A stretch of DNA of 64,000 nucleotides from an uncultured Alphaproteobacteria bacterium (GTDB taxonomy: Bacteria; Pseudomonadota; Alphaproteobacteria; Rhizobiales; Rhodomicrobiaceae): the NCBI GenBank assembly GCA_963772335.1, contig CAVYXF010000001.1:1271853-1335852 (forward strand), given 5' to 3'. Under the pieces are notes generated by a model. That model did no database searches, had not been told where the DNA came from, and was given only the letters and a program-made list of their open reading frames with translations. Positions 49,197-57,989 of the stretch are shown in pieces. Position 1 is the stretch's first letter. Every line of letters starts with the position of its first letter. Made by a program: the position numbers and the translations under genes.

Positions 49197-50021
49197 ATGC
49201 GACGACCTATGACCTTTTTTGCGGCGGCACTGCTCTCCAGCGCGGCAATTCCTGCGATCGCAGCCGCTGATACAGCCCAGGTGACGACCGATCTCAACAT
49301 GCGCGCCGGACCGAGCACTTCGTTCCCGGTGGTGCGCACGCTCCCCGACGGCGCCACAGTCGATATCTATGGCTGCGTGGGCGGCTATAGCTGGTGCGAC
49401 GTATCCTGGTCCGGCAGCCGAGGTTGGGTTTATGCCGATTACCTGACCTCGTCCTACGAAGGCCGCGTGGTGCCGATCGTCGAATACGGCTCAGAAATCG
49501 ATTTGCCGATCCTCACCTTCAGCATCGGCAGCTATTGGGACGACTATTATCGCAATGAGCCCTGGTATCACCGCCGCAGTCATTGGCGGTCAGTCTGGGA
49601 TCGCCACGATCACGACCGCGGGCATCGCCGGCGTGAGGGGCGCGCAGAGCACCGCGACCGCGACCACGGCGACCAGCATCGCGCCGATCGGCGCCGGGAG
49701 CGCCGTGACGATGTTCGTGAGCGCCGTGCCGAGCACCGGGAGCGTGTCAGGGAGCGCCGCACTGAACGCCGAGAGCGCGTTCGCGAGCGCCGCGCTGAAC
49801 GCCGCCAGAACGTGAGAGAGCGCCGTGCTGAACACCGCCAGCGCATCCGCAATCGCCGGGCCGAGCACCGTGAGCACAACCGCAGTGAGCGCAGGTCCTT
49901 CAGAGTGGAGCGCGGCAATCGCGGCCACGAGGCGCGCGGCAATTTCCGCAATCGTGGCGATCACCGAGGCGGCGGATCTCGCCGCGAGGCCGGTGCGCGC
50001 TTTGAGCGGCACGGCGGCTAA
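49197..50021 (+). CDS. Secreted SH3b-domain protein with long Arg/Glu/His-rich low-complexity repeat tail (RERR/RAEHR units)
   Basis: AAAGGAGG RBS and a signal peptide. The SH3_3-like region is NMRAGPSTSFPVVRTLPDGATVDIYGCVGGYSWCDVSWSGSRGWVYADYL. The C-terminal ~150 aa is made of ERRAEHRERVRERR-type repeats. Confidence 0.6.
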   Translation: MRRPMTFFAAALLSSAAIPAIAAADTAQVTTDLNMRAGPSTSFPVVRTLPDGATVDIYGCVGGYSWCDVSWSGSRGWVYADYLTSSYEGRVVPIVEYGSEIDLPILTFSIGSYWDDYYRNEPWYHRRSHWRSVWDRHDHDRGHRRREGRAEHRDRDHGDQHRADRRRERRDDVRERRAEHRERVRERRTERRERVRERRAERRQNVRERRAEHRQRIRNRRAEHREHNRSERRSFRVERGNRGHEARGNFRNRGDHRGGGSRREAGARFERHGG

Positions 50022-50068
50022 CTTATCCGTTTGATGTCCGCAAAGCGCCGAATAGTCTCGGCGTAGAA

Positions 50069-50101
50069 AGCAGGCCCTGTAGCTTCTCGTTGCGGGGCCT
50101 G
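50069..50101. terminator. Inverted repeat GCAGGCCC-N16-GGGCCTGC between convergent genes; possible bidirectional terminator
   Basis: Seen in sequence. No clear T-tract. Confidence 0.25.
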
Positions 50102-50114
50102 CGCCCTATCTGGC

Positions 50115-50609
50115 CTATCCTCCGCTGGCCAGGGAGCGGGTCTCCCCAGGGGCGATGGCCTCCTCCTCCAGCGCGATCGACTTCATGAGCGTGAGCACGC
50201 GTTCGCTCTCCAGGCGTTTGGCTTCAAAGCCGGTGGCATCGCCGAGATGGCCGAACAAATCCTCTCCCTCGCGCGAGCGGCCGATGAACGCCATCGACCA
50301 GGACGGGAACTGCCGCTGCGCGACCTTCTCGAACGCCAGTATGTGAACATCGCCGTGGCGGGGATCGCGCTGAATCTTTTCAAAGAGCGCCTCGATGCCC
50401 TGCTGCGGTCCTTCCAGCACCTGTGCAAAGATGCCGCTGTTAAAAACCAGCGCTCCGGTCAGCCCGAGAAGGGGATTGCTCCGCCGCGCCGCTGTGAGGA
50501 TATCGTCTATTTCCGTCGCGATGCCCGCAGCGCTGCCAGCGATGCGATTCCGGCTGAAGTAGACCAGCCGGTAGAGGTCTGGGCTCTCGCGTTGGGCCAT
50601 TTCGACCAT
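50115..50609 (-). CDS. BLUF-domain blue-light photoreceptor (short, stand-alone)
   Basis: YRLVYFSRN ... IDDILTAARRSNPLLGLTGALVFNSGIFAQVLEGPQQGIEALFEKIQRDPRHGDV is the canonical BLUF sequence (Tyr, Gln, Asn/Trp-Met region). Confidence 0.75.
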   Translation of the reverse strand: MVEMAQRESPDLYRLVYFSRNRIAGSAAGIATEIDDILTAARRSNPLLGLTGALVFNSGIFAQVLEGPQQGIEALFEKIQRDPRHGDVHILAFEKVAQRQFPSWSMAFIGRSREGEDLFGHLGDATGFEAKRLESERVLTLMKSIALEEEAIAPGETRSLASGG

Positions 50610-50644
50610 GAATTTTCTATCCCTTTCGCGCGGAACAGCCGCAG

Positions 50645-52402
50645 CTAAGCGGCTGACAATGCTCCATCGATCCTTGGCGGATGGCTAAGAAACTCATCCA
50701 GCTTGTCGGCTGCTAGCGGTTTGCTGATCAGATAACCCTGGACGTCGGTACAGCCGCTTGCGGCAACGAGGGCGAGTTGCTCGTCCGTCTCGACACCCTC
50801 GGCAATTGTCTTGATCCCAAGACTGTGCCCCAGCGCAGCAATTGCGTTGACGATCGCTCTGGCCGTCGAGTCGTCGGGCTGGGTGCGCACGAAAGACTGG
50901 TCGATCTTGATCTTGTCGAATGGAAAGCTGCGCAGATAAGACAACGACGAATAGCCGGTGCCAAAATCGTCCATCGCCACCCGCAGGCCGAGGCTGCGGG
51001 CATTGTTCAGCAGCTTGAGCGCAACTGCATGGTCAGAAACCAGGACGCTTTCCGTGATCTCCAGCTCAAGGCGAGCTGGGTCCAAGCCCAATTCAGCCAG
51101 TCCCGAGACGATGGTCGGCGTCAGATCGGCGCTGCGGAACTGGATGGCCGAGACATTGACGGCAACAGTTAACGGGCTCGGCCAGCGTGCGGCCGCTCGG
51201 CAGGCGGTCCTGATCACCCATTCGCCGATCGGCACGATGAGGCCGAGCTCCTCGGCCAGCGGGATGAATTCGCCTGGAGAAACGCTGCCACGCTCGGGGT
51301 GATACCAGCGCAGCAACGCCTCAAAGCCGGTGATCTGTTTCGATGCAAGGTTGTATTGCGGCTGGTAAACCAGCGCCAATTCCCGAAGTGCCAGCGCCCG
51401 GCGCAGGTCGATCTCCAGGTTGCGCCTGGCCTGGATCTCCTCATTCATGGCCTCGACAAACAGCTGATAATGGCCGGGTCCCGCCTGCTTGGCATGGCGC
51501 AAGGCGAGCGTGGCGTTCTTCAGAATCTCATCGCAATCGGTGCCGTGCGCGGGCACAAAGGCCATGCCAACGATCGCGGCGAGGTTCACCGGATGTCCTT
51601 CGACGATGTAGGACCGACCGATGAGATCGATGAGGCGTTCGGCAAACGCGGGAACGGAGTGCGCTTGCCCATCCGGCTCAAGGATGGCGAATTGGCCCGC
51701 CCCGAAATGTGCGACATGCGCCTCCCCGCTAACGGCAGAGCGGAGCCTACCGGCGACCAGGCGAAGAAGCTTGCTGCCGATCCCCTCCCCGAGCGCATCG
51801 TTGATCATGTCGTACCGGTCGAGATGGATCAACAGCACAGCCGCCGGCTCGATCATGACCGCCGGCCCCGCCAAGAGGGCCCTCAGGTGCTCGCGAAAAG
51901 CCTGGCGATCGCTGACCTGCAAAGCCGGTTTGCTGTGGATCTGTGTTCCGCCGCCGAGGGCTTGCGCGATCTTGTGGGGGAGGCAATCGGCCGTTACGAG
52001 CGATCCCTCGGCAAGCTGAGATATCTCCAGAAAGAAAACGCGGCCATCCTCCGCGGTCACCGGATACAGCGCCGCAGGATTGGGCCCCATCGCCAGATAG
52101 CGACGAAGTTCGGCCGCCCGCGTCGGCTCCGCGAACAGCGCTGCAAAGCTTGAATTGTGATAGAGCGCGCCGCCGTCGGAGCTGATGACAGCAAGCGGTC
52201 GGTCAAGCGCATTTACCGCCTTGAGCGCCAGCTCTGGAGCGCCAAAGCCGCCGGCCACTTGGGGAGCAGGATCGTTTATCCCGTTTTCGCTTTGCCGGTG
52301 TGAGAGGAACGCCATGACTGACTGTCTCGGCTTTATTCGTGAACGCCTGCCCCTTAGGCTAGAGGCAGGGCGTTGCCAAAAGGTGAAGCTAGAGCGCTGC
52401 AA
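50645..52402 (-). CDS. c-di-GMP phosphodiesterase with degenerate GGDEF domain (HFGAGQF instead of GGDEF) and intact EAL domain (EALLRW); N-terminal PAS-like region
   Basis: Motifs read directly: EAL-domain EALLRW ... DDFGTGYSSL ... KIDQSFV. The GGDEF-domain position carries HFGAGQFAIL. The start is uncertain (internal Met at 52315). Confidence 0.8.
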   Translation of the reverse strand: MQRSSFTFWQRPASSLRGRRSRIKPRQSVMAFLSHRQSENGINDPAPQVAGGFGAPELALKAVNALDRPLAVISSDGGALYHNSSFAALFAEPTRAAELRRYLAMGPNPAALYPVTAEDGRVFFLEISQLAEGSLVTADCLPHKIAQALGGGTQIHSKPALQVSDRQAFREHLRALLAGPAVMIEPAAVLLIHLDRYDMINDALGEGIGSKLLRLVAGRLRSAVSGEAHVAHFGAGQFAILEPDGQAHSVPAFAERLIDLIGRSYIVEGHPVNLAAIVGMAFVPAHGTDCDEILKNATLALRHAKQAGPGHYQLFVEAMNEEIQARRNLEIDLRRALALRELALVYQPQYNLASKQITGFEALLRWYHPERGSVSPGEFIPLAEELGLIVPIGEWVIRTACRAAARWPSPLTVAVNVSAIQFRSADLTPTIVSGLAELGLDPARLELEITESVLVSDHAVALKLLNNARSLGLRVAMDDFGTGYSSLSYLRSFPFDKIKIDQSFVRTQPDDSTARAIVNAIAALGHSLGIKTIAEGVETDEQLALVAASGCTDVQGYLISKPLAADKLDEFLSHPPRIDGALSAA

Positions 52403-52466
52403 GATGTTACTGGATGTATTTTTTCAGGCTTAATGCGTGCTCAGGCCGATCCAGATCGCGCTTTGG

Positions 52467-52480
52467 TTGACCAAAGTCAA
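52467..52480. promoter_or_regulatory. FNR/FixK-family box variant TTGACcaaaGTCAA (TTGA-N6-TCAA) in divergent region between the EAL operon and uspA
   Basis: Perfect palindrome, ~55 bp upstream of the usp start. Confidence 0.4.
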
Positions 52481-52536
52481 AGCAGGCCTAATAGGCGGGG
52501 CTTAAGGTTTTAGGCGCTACTCTGAGAGGGTCCGCC

Positions 52537-53358
52537 ATGTACAAGACGATTTTGCTCTATTTACCGTCATCTCAATCCGCCGAGGCCGTTTGTGTCGAAG
52601 CTGCGCAGCTCGCCCAGCAGCACGGCGCGATGCTGATCGGTGCGCACAACACCGTCAAGATTACCGTTTATGGCGGCATTCCCCAGGACATTCTCGCCGA
52701 GCACAACGATCGCGAGCGCAAGGAGGCGGAGGCTGTCCGGTTCATCTTCGAGGATGTCGCCAAGCGCCATGACGTTGCCCATGAATGGCGGAACCGGCCG
52801 GCGAAGGACACCGACGCTTTCAAGGATATTATCGCGCAATCCCATGCCGTTGATCTTGTCGTCGCGCCGGGCAAGGACTTCCGCGACCCGCTCGGCCACT
52901 GGTTCGACCTGCCGGAGCGGCTGGCCATGGAGACCGGCCGTCCGCTGTTGTTGCTGCCGCGGGACCGGGCCGTGGAAAGCTTCGGCAAACGGATTCTGGT
53001 TGCCTGGAATGGCTCGCGTGAGTCCGCCCGCGCCGGTTTCGATGCACTGCCGATGCTGAGAATGGCGGAATCGGTTTACGTGGTAGCCATTGCCGACAAT
53101 ATGGAGAGCCCGCTGATGCGCTCAGCCGAAGAGTTCTACCAAACGCTCAAGCGCCAGGGCGTGAAGGCTGAGCTCGACTGCGTGGGAGCTACCGGCAAGC
53201 CGGATGGAGAGCAACTGCTCGCCCGCCTCGCCGAGCGCAATTGCGACATGCTGGTGATGGGCTTCTACGGCCATTCACGGCTGCGCGAAATGGTCTGGGG
53301 CGGCGTCACCCGCCATCTGCTGAAGGCAATGAACATCCCGGTTTTCACCTCGCACTGA
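52537..53358 (+). CDS. Universal stress protein (tandem UspA domains)
   Basis: Two Usp domains, with the ATP-binding motif G..GHSRLREMVWGGVTRHLL in the second. Confidence 0.8.
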   Translation: MYKTILLYLPSSQSAEAVCVEAAQLAQQHGAMLIGAHNTVKITVYGGIPQDILAEHNDRERKEAEAVRFIFEDVAKRHDVAHEWRNRPAKDTDAFKDIIAQSHAVDLVVAPGKDFRDPLGHWFDLPERLAMETGRPLLLLPRDRAVESFGKRILVAWNGSRESARAGFDALPMLRMAESVYVVAIADNMESPLMRSAEEFYQTLKRQGVKAELDCVGATGKPDGEQLLARLAERNCDMLVMGFYGHSRLREMVWGGVTRHLLKAMNIPVFTSH

Positions 53359-53381
53359 GCACAGCAAAACGAGGGGCATAT

Positions 53382-53921
53382 ATGATCTTTGCCGTGATTG
53401 CCTCCACCGTTCTGGTGATCGCGACAACATTGATCCTTTACGAGACACTGCGCCTCACCTCATATCACCTGGCGGAGCTGCCCCTGCCGCCACGGGCGCG
53501 GATCATCGTCGTGGTGCTCGCCTCCTTCGTCGGTCATACGATGGCGGCGTGGATCTACGCTTTCGCATATTGGCTGATAGCGGGCTATCTCGGCGGCTTT
53601 GCCGGACTGCCCGTCAACGATTTCATGGACTGCCTTTACTTCTCCGCGGTGACCTATACCTCGCTGGGATTCAGCGATCATGTGCCGCTCCTGGATGTCC
53701 GGCTGATCGCCGGCGTCGAGGCGCTGAACGGCCTGTTGCTGATCAGCTGGTCGGCGTCGTTCACCTATCTGGCGATGGAGCGGTACTGGCCGATGCACGA
53801 GGTACGGCGCGGCAGGGCAAAGCGCAGAGCATCGCATCGACCTGCCCGCAACGCGCAAGGCCCCGAACTGGTCAGCACCGCGGAGCATCCGCCCGCTCCC
53901 TCCTCCCGCCTTCCCGATTGA
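53382..53921 (+). CDS. Two-TM ion-channel family protein (Ion_trans_2-like pore: TYTSLGFSD)
   Basis: TM1, pore-helix/filter-like TYTSLGFSD, TM2. Confidence 0.45.
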   Translation: MIFAVIASTVLVIATTLILYETLRLTSYHLAELPLPPRARIIVVVLASFVGHTMAAWIYAFAYWLIAGYLGGFAGLPVNDFMDCLYFSAVTYTSLGFSDHVPLLDVRLIAGVEALNGLLLISWSASFTYLAMERYWPMHEVRRGRAKRRASHRPARNAQGPELVSTAEHPPAPSSRLPD

Positions 53922-54074
53922 GCTGCATCAAGGCCTGCGAGTAGGTGACCAGACCTGGCTTAGCCGGCGCTGAGGCGAAAGCTGCTGGCATGGCCAGTAC
54001 AAGGGAGGCAGTGTACTGTCACATGGCTGCGGGATAAAGCTTGCCACCATATAACCCTACGGCGACGGTGATCG

Positions 54075-56780
54075 ATGACGATTCGCAATCTGGACCATGC
54101 GTTCAAGCCTGCATCCGTAGCACTGATCGGAGCAAGCAACAGGCCGCATTCGCTTGGTCTCACCGTCATGCGCAATTTGCGTAGCGGCGGGTTCGCTGGC
54201 CCGATCTGGCCGGTTAATCCCAAACGTGCCGAAATCGATGGGGCGCCCTGCTTTTCGAACGTCGCCGCCTTGCCGGCAGTGCCCGATCTGGCCGTGATCG
54301 CGACACCCGCGCGGACGGTACCCACTCTCATCGGCGAACTTGCCGGGAAGGGCACGCGCGCCGCCGTCGTGTTAACGGCCGGCATCGACCAGGCAAGCGG
54401 TCTGCGCCAGGCCATGCTCGATGCTGCTCGCCCGACCACCTTCCGCATTATCGGCCCGAACTGCCTCGGTATCTTCCTCCCCAATCTGGGGCTGAATGCC
54501 AGCTTCTCCCATCTTTCGCCGATCAAAGGCAAGCTTGCGCTCCTGTCGCAATCGGGCGCGGTTGCCAGCGCCATTCTCGACTGGACCCTGGCGCGCAGCA
54601 TCGGATTCAGCCATATCGTATCCATGGGCGATATGGCCGACGTCGATGTCGGCGACCTGCTCGATTATCTTGCCGGCGATGGCATGTCGCGCGCGGTGCT
54701 CATCTATCTCGAAACCGTCACCAATCCGCGCAAATTCCTGTCCGCGGCGCGCTCCGCCGCGCGCGTGAAGCCGGTCGTGGTGATCAAGGCGGGGCGCAAC
54801 GCGGCAGCCGCCAAGGCGGCAGCGACACACACCGGCGCGCTTGCCGGCAATGATCACGTCATGAACGCCGCCTTCCGCCGCGCGGGTCTGCTTCGGGTTC
54901 AGGACCTGGAGGAGCTGTTCGACGCTGCCGAGACCCTTACGCGGGTCGGAGGCATTGCCGGTGATCGCCTCGCCATCGTCACCAATGGTGGCGGTGCAGG
55001 CGTGCTGGCGGTCGACAGTCTCATGGATCTGAACGGGACGCTGGCCGAGCTTGCGCCCGAGACCATGGCGCGGCTGAACGATTTGCTGCCGCCGACCTGG
55101 TCGAAGGCCAATCCGGTCGACATCATCGGCGATGCCGGTGCCGAGCGCTACGCGGCTGCGGTTGAGGCCGTGCTCGATGATCCCTGCACGGACGCGCTCC
55201 TGGTGCTCAATTGCCCGACAGCGCTCGCCTCCTCAAGCGAGGCGGCTGCAGCCGTAGTCGGGGTCGTGCAGAAGAGACGCAGCGCACATCGGCCGCTGAA
55301 GCCGATCCTTACCAACTGGCTCGGCGAGAGCACGGCCCAGCAGGCGCGCCTACTTTTCGATGCAGCAAACATTGCTTCCTACAAGTCGCCGCAGGACGCG
55401 GTGCGCAGCTTTGCCCATCGGCGCGCGCACGCCAAGGCGCACGAAGCAATGATGCGCACCCCGCCCAGCCTGCCGCAGCATTTCACCGTCGAAAACGAGG
55501 CGGCAAAGCGGGCGATGGCCGCTGCCAGGGAGGCAAGACATGTCCTTTTGACCGAGCCGGAGGCCAAGCATGTTCTGGCGGCCTACGGCCTTCCGGTGGC
55601 GCGCACCGAGATCGCCCGCGATGCAGCGGAGGTTGCCGATATCACCGCAGAATTGCTGCGCGAGGTCGATGCCGTCGCGGTCAAAGTGCTGTCGGAGGAC
55701 ATCCCGCATAAATCCGATGTCGGCGGCGTCATGCTCGACCTGATCTCGGCCGAGGAGGCGAGGCGCGCGGCCGTGGAGATTGCGGCGAAGGTAGCCCGGG
55801 CACGCCCTGACGCTCATATCCAGGGCTTCACCGTGCAGGATATGATCCGGCGGCTCGGCGCCCATGAGCTAATCATCGGCGTCGCCGACGATCCGATCTT
55901 TGGCCCGACTATCTTGTTCGGGGCCGGCGGAACGGCGGTCGAGGTGATCCGCGACACCGCAGTCGCCCTGCCGCCGCTCGATCTGAAGCTCGCCCGGGAT
56001 CTGATCGAGGAGACACGCGTCGCAAGGTTGCTCGCCGGCTATCGCGACCGCCCTGCCGCCGATATCGACGCCATTGCCATGACGCTGGTGCGCGTCTCGC
56101 AACTGATCACCGATCTGCCGGTCATCACCGGCCTGGATATAAACCCGCTTCTAGCCGACGAGAAGGGCGTTATTGCTCTCGATGCGCGCATCACGCTGGA
56201 CTGGGCTTATGCCGGGCTCACCGCACCCAATCCCCGATTTGCCATTCGTCCCTATCCGAAGAACTGGGAGAAGGAGGTCGTGACGACGCGCGGCCGTCGC
56301 CTGCTGCTCAAGCCCATTCAGCCGACCGATGAAGCGCCCTACCGCGCCTTTATCGCCGCGATCACGCCGCAGGATTGGCGGCTCAGGTTTTTCGCCCCGT
56401 CGAAGAACATCTCCCCCGAATTCATTGCTCGCTTCACCCAGATCGACTACGCCCGCTCGATGGCCTTCATCGCAGAGGAACCGCAAACCGGCGATATCCT
56501 CGGCATCTCGCGGCTCACCGCCGACCCCGACTATGTCAGGGGCGAGTATGCCGTCCTGGTGCGCAGCGATCTAAAGGGTCAGGGCATCGGCTGGGCGCTG
56601 ATGCAGCACCTCATCACTTATGCGAAGGCTGAGGGACTTACGCTGATCGAAGGCGAAGTCCTGACCGAGAACACGCAGATGCTCGCAATGTGTCAGGATC
56701 TGGGTTTCGCGGTATGCTCCGATCCCGCCGATTACGGTGTCTGCCACGTCACCATGCCGCTGGCCCCGACGGAGAGCTGA
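54075..56780 (+). CDS. pat: Pat-type bifunctional protein: NDP-forming acyl-CoA synthetase-like (CoA-binding + ATP-grasp) domains fused to C-terminal GNAT acetyltransferase (protein lysine acetyltransferase)
   Basis: 901 aa. The N-terminal CoA-binding/succinyl-CoA-synthetase-like region is VALIGASNRPHSLG ... GPNCLG. The C-terminal GNAT motif is VRSDLKGQGIGWALMQHLITYAK. Confidence 0.8.
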   Translation: MTIRNLDHAFKPASVALIGASNRPHSLGLTVMRNLRSGGFAGPIWPVNPKRAEIDGAPCFSNVAALPAVPDLAVIATPARTVPTLIGELAGKGTRAAVVLTAGIDQASGLRQAMLDAARPTTFRIIGPNCLGIFLPNLGLNASFSHLSPIKGKLALLSQSGAVASAILDWTLARSIGFSHIVSMGDMADVDVGDLLDYLAGDGMSRAVLIYLETVTNPRKFLSAARSAARVKPVVVIKAGRNAAAAKAAATHTGALAGNDHVMNAAFRRAGLLRVQDLEELFDAAETLTRVGGIAGDRLAIVTNGGGAGVLAVDSLMDLNGTLAELAPETMARLNDLLPPTWSKANPVDIIGDAGAERYAAAVEAVLDDPCTDALLVLNCPTALASSSEAAAAVVGVVQKRRSAHRPLKPILTNWLGESTAQQARLLFDAANIASYKSPQDAVRSFAHRRAHAKAHEAMMRTPPSLPQHFTVENEAAKRAMAAAREARHVLLTEPEAKHVLAAYGLPVARTEIARDAAEVADITAELLREVDAVAVKVLSEDIPHKSDVGGVMLDLISAEEARRAAVEIAAKVARARPDAHIQGFTVQDMIRRLGAHELIIGVADDPIFGPTILFGAGGTAVEVIRDTAVALPPLDLKLARDLIEETRVARLLAGYRDRPAADIDAIAMTLVRVSQLITDLPVITGLDINPLLADEKGVIALDARITLDWAYAGLTAPNPRFAIRPYPKNWEKEVVTTRGRRLLLKPIQPTDEAPYRAFIAAITPQDWRLRFFAPSKNISPEFIARFTQIDYARSMAFIAEEPQTGDILGISRLTADPDYVRGEYAVLVRSDLKGQGIGWALMQHLITYAKAEGLTLIEGEVLTENTQMLAMCQDLGFAVCSDPADYGVCHVTMPLAPTES

Positions 56781-57290
56781 GCTCCGTCAGAATCAGATCG
56801 GCGCGCTCTGACACACTCGTCTTCGGCAACACAATCAGCTCATAGCCTAAAAAGGCATAGGCACTGAGAATGCGATCGTAGTCGGCAGTTGCCTTGTCAA
56901 AGCCATGACGGCGCTCGGCATCGGTTACATAGATCTCGGGCCAGGGGGGCACCAAAAAAGCCCGCCGATGATAGGGATGCAATCGGGCGAGAGGCGCAAG
57001 CACGGCGTCTCCCGTCACGTGCTCAAGGCCCGCGGCAGCATCGACCAGCCCTCTGTCGAAGAAGACCCATCCCTTCATCCGGCTCGCCGCTTCGCGGTCG
57101 GCGAGGGAGAGGTCGGCCGCGCGGCGAAGGAAGGCAGCCGAATCGACCCAAGGAAAGGCCGAGCCGCCGTTCTGCAGCTTCTGTCTTACGAGTTGGCGGC
57201 CAGGCTCCTCAACGATCGCAAACCCACGCCGGCCAAACTCTTCGAGCAAAGTCGACTTGCCGCCACCCGAACATCCCGAGTGGACGACGA
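56749..57290 (-). CDS. Small P-loop NTPase (AAA/ATPase-like)
   Basis: Walker A HSGCSGGGKSTLLEEFG, found by extending the track ORF upstream. The start codon is uncertain. Confidence 0.45.
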
Positions 57291-57320
57291 ACCGCTCCGT
57301 ATCGAGCGGAACCGGCGCGC

Positions 57321-57776
57321 TCAGACGGCCTTCCCAGTGAGGTGTTTCTCGATCTCGTAGACCGGCATTTTGACATAGTCTTTGGCGATCTCCTCCCTCA
57401 CCGCCTTGCGCACGGCTGGCGATAACGCCTCGCGCAGCATGCCGAGCGCGCGCGGCGCGGCGACGACGATCAGCTCCTGGGCTTCGCCGTGGGTGAGAGC
57501 CTCATCCAGCCGCTTGGCGAGCGCGGTAAGAAACGCCTGCTCGTTCTGATCATGCCAGTCGGTCTGTGCGACGCTGCTGCGCCCGGTGGTTGCCAATTCG
57601 TGAACGCGGCCCGGGTGGTCGCTTCCCTGCTCGCTGGTCTTCGGGTTGGTCTGCTCGTGCGTCTCCTTGGTCCGCAGGTTCGGGTAGACCTCATCACCCT
57701 CATTCTCAAGTATCAGTGCCTTGCCACCGTCGCACACGACGACCCAATCACCGGCTTTGATCTTCACAGGGTTCAT
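57321..57776 (-). CDS. Host-attachment-protein family protein (~151 aa)
   Basis: MNPVKIKAGDWVVVCDGGKALILENEG ... resembles the Caulobacter-type host attachment protein family. The internal Met was chosen as the start. Confidence 0.45.
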   Translation of the reverse strand: MNPVKIKAGDWVVVCDGGKALILENEGDEVYPNLRTKETHEQTNPKTSEQGSDHPGRVHELATTGRSSVAQTDWHDQNEQAFLTALAKRLDEALTHGEAQELIVVAAPRALGMLREALSPAVRKAVREEIAKDYVKMPVYEIEKHLTGKAV

Positions 57777-57898
57777 GCCTTCCTCTCCTTCTTCTCGCCC
57801 TTCTCCAACCAGCCACGATCGGACCGGTTCCCCCGGTTCACCTTTGAGCGCCGGGACCGCGCCCCCCGGAGGATAGTTCTGAAGACGAAGCACTTTGC

Positions 57899-57912
57899 TT
57901 GATTCAAATCAA
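57899..57912. promoter_or_regulatory. Perfect FixK/FNR anaerobox TTGATtcaaATCAA upstream of ccoN
   Basis: Seen in sequence ~80 bp upstream of the ccoN start codon. This is the classic placement for fixNOQP promoters. Confidence 0.6.
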
Positions 57913-57989
57913 CGTGGAATACACCGGGACCTGTCAAACCTGATGGCGGCCGGCCGAAGGGCGGATGCCGGCGCGCTTAGAGGTGCTCA

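Noticed and set aside
51299-52153. 284-aa + ORF inside the degenerate-GGDEF/EAL gene
   Set aside because: Antisense shadow ORF.
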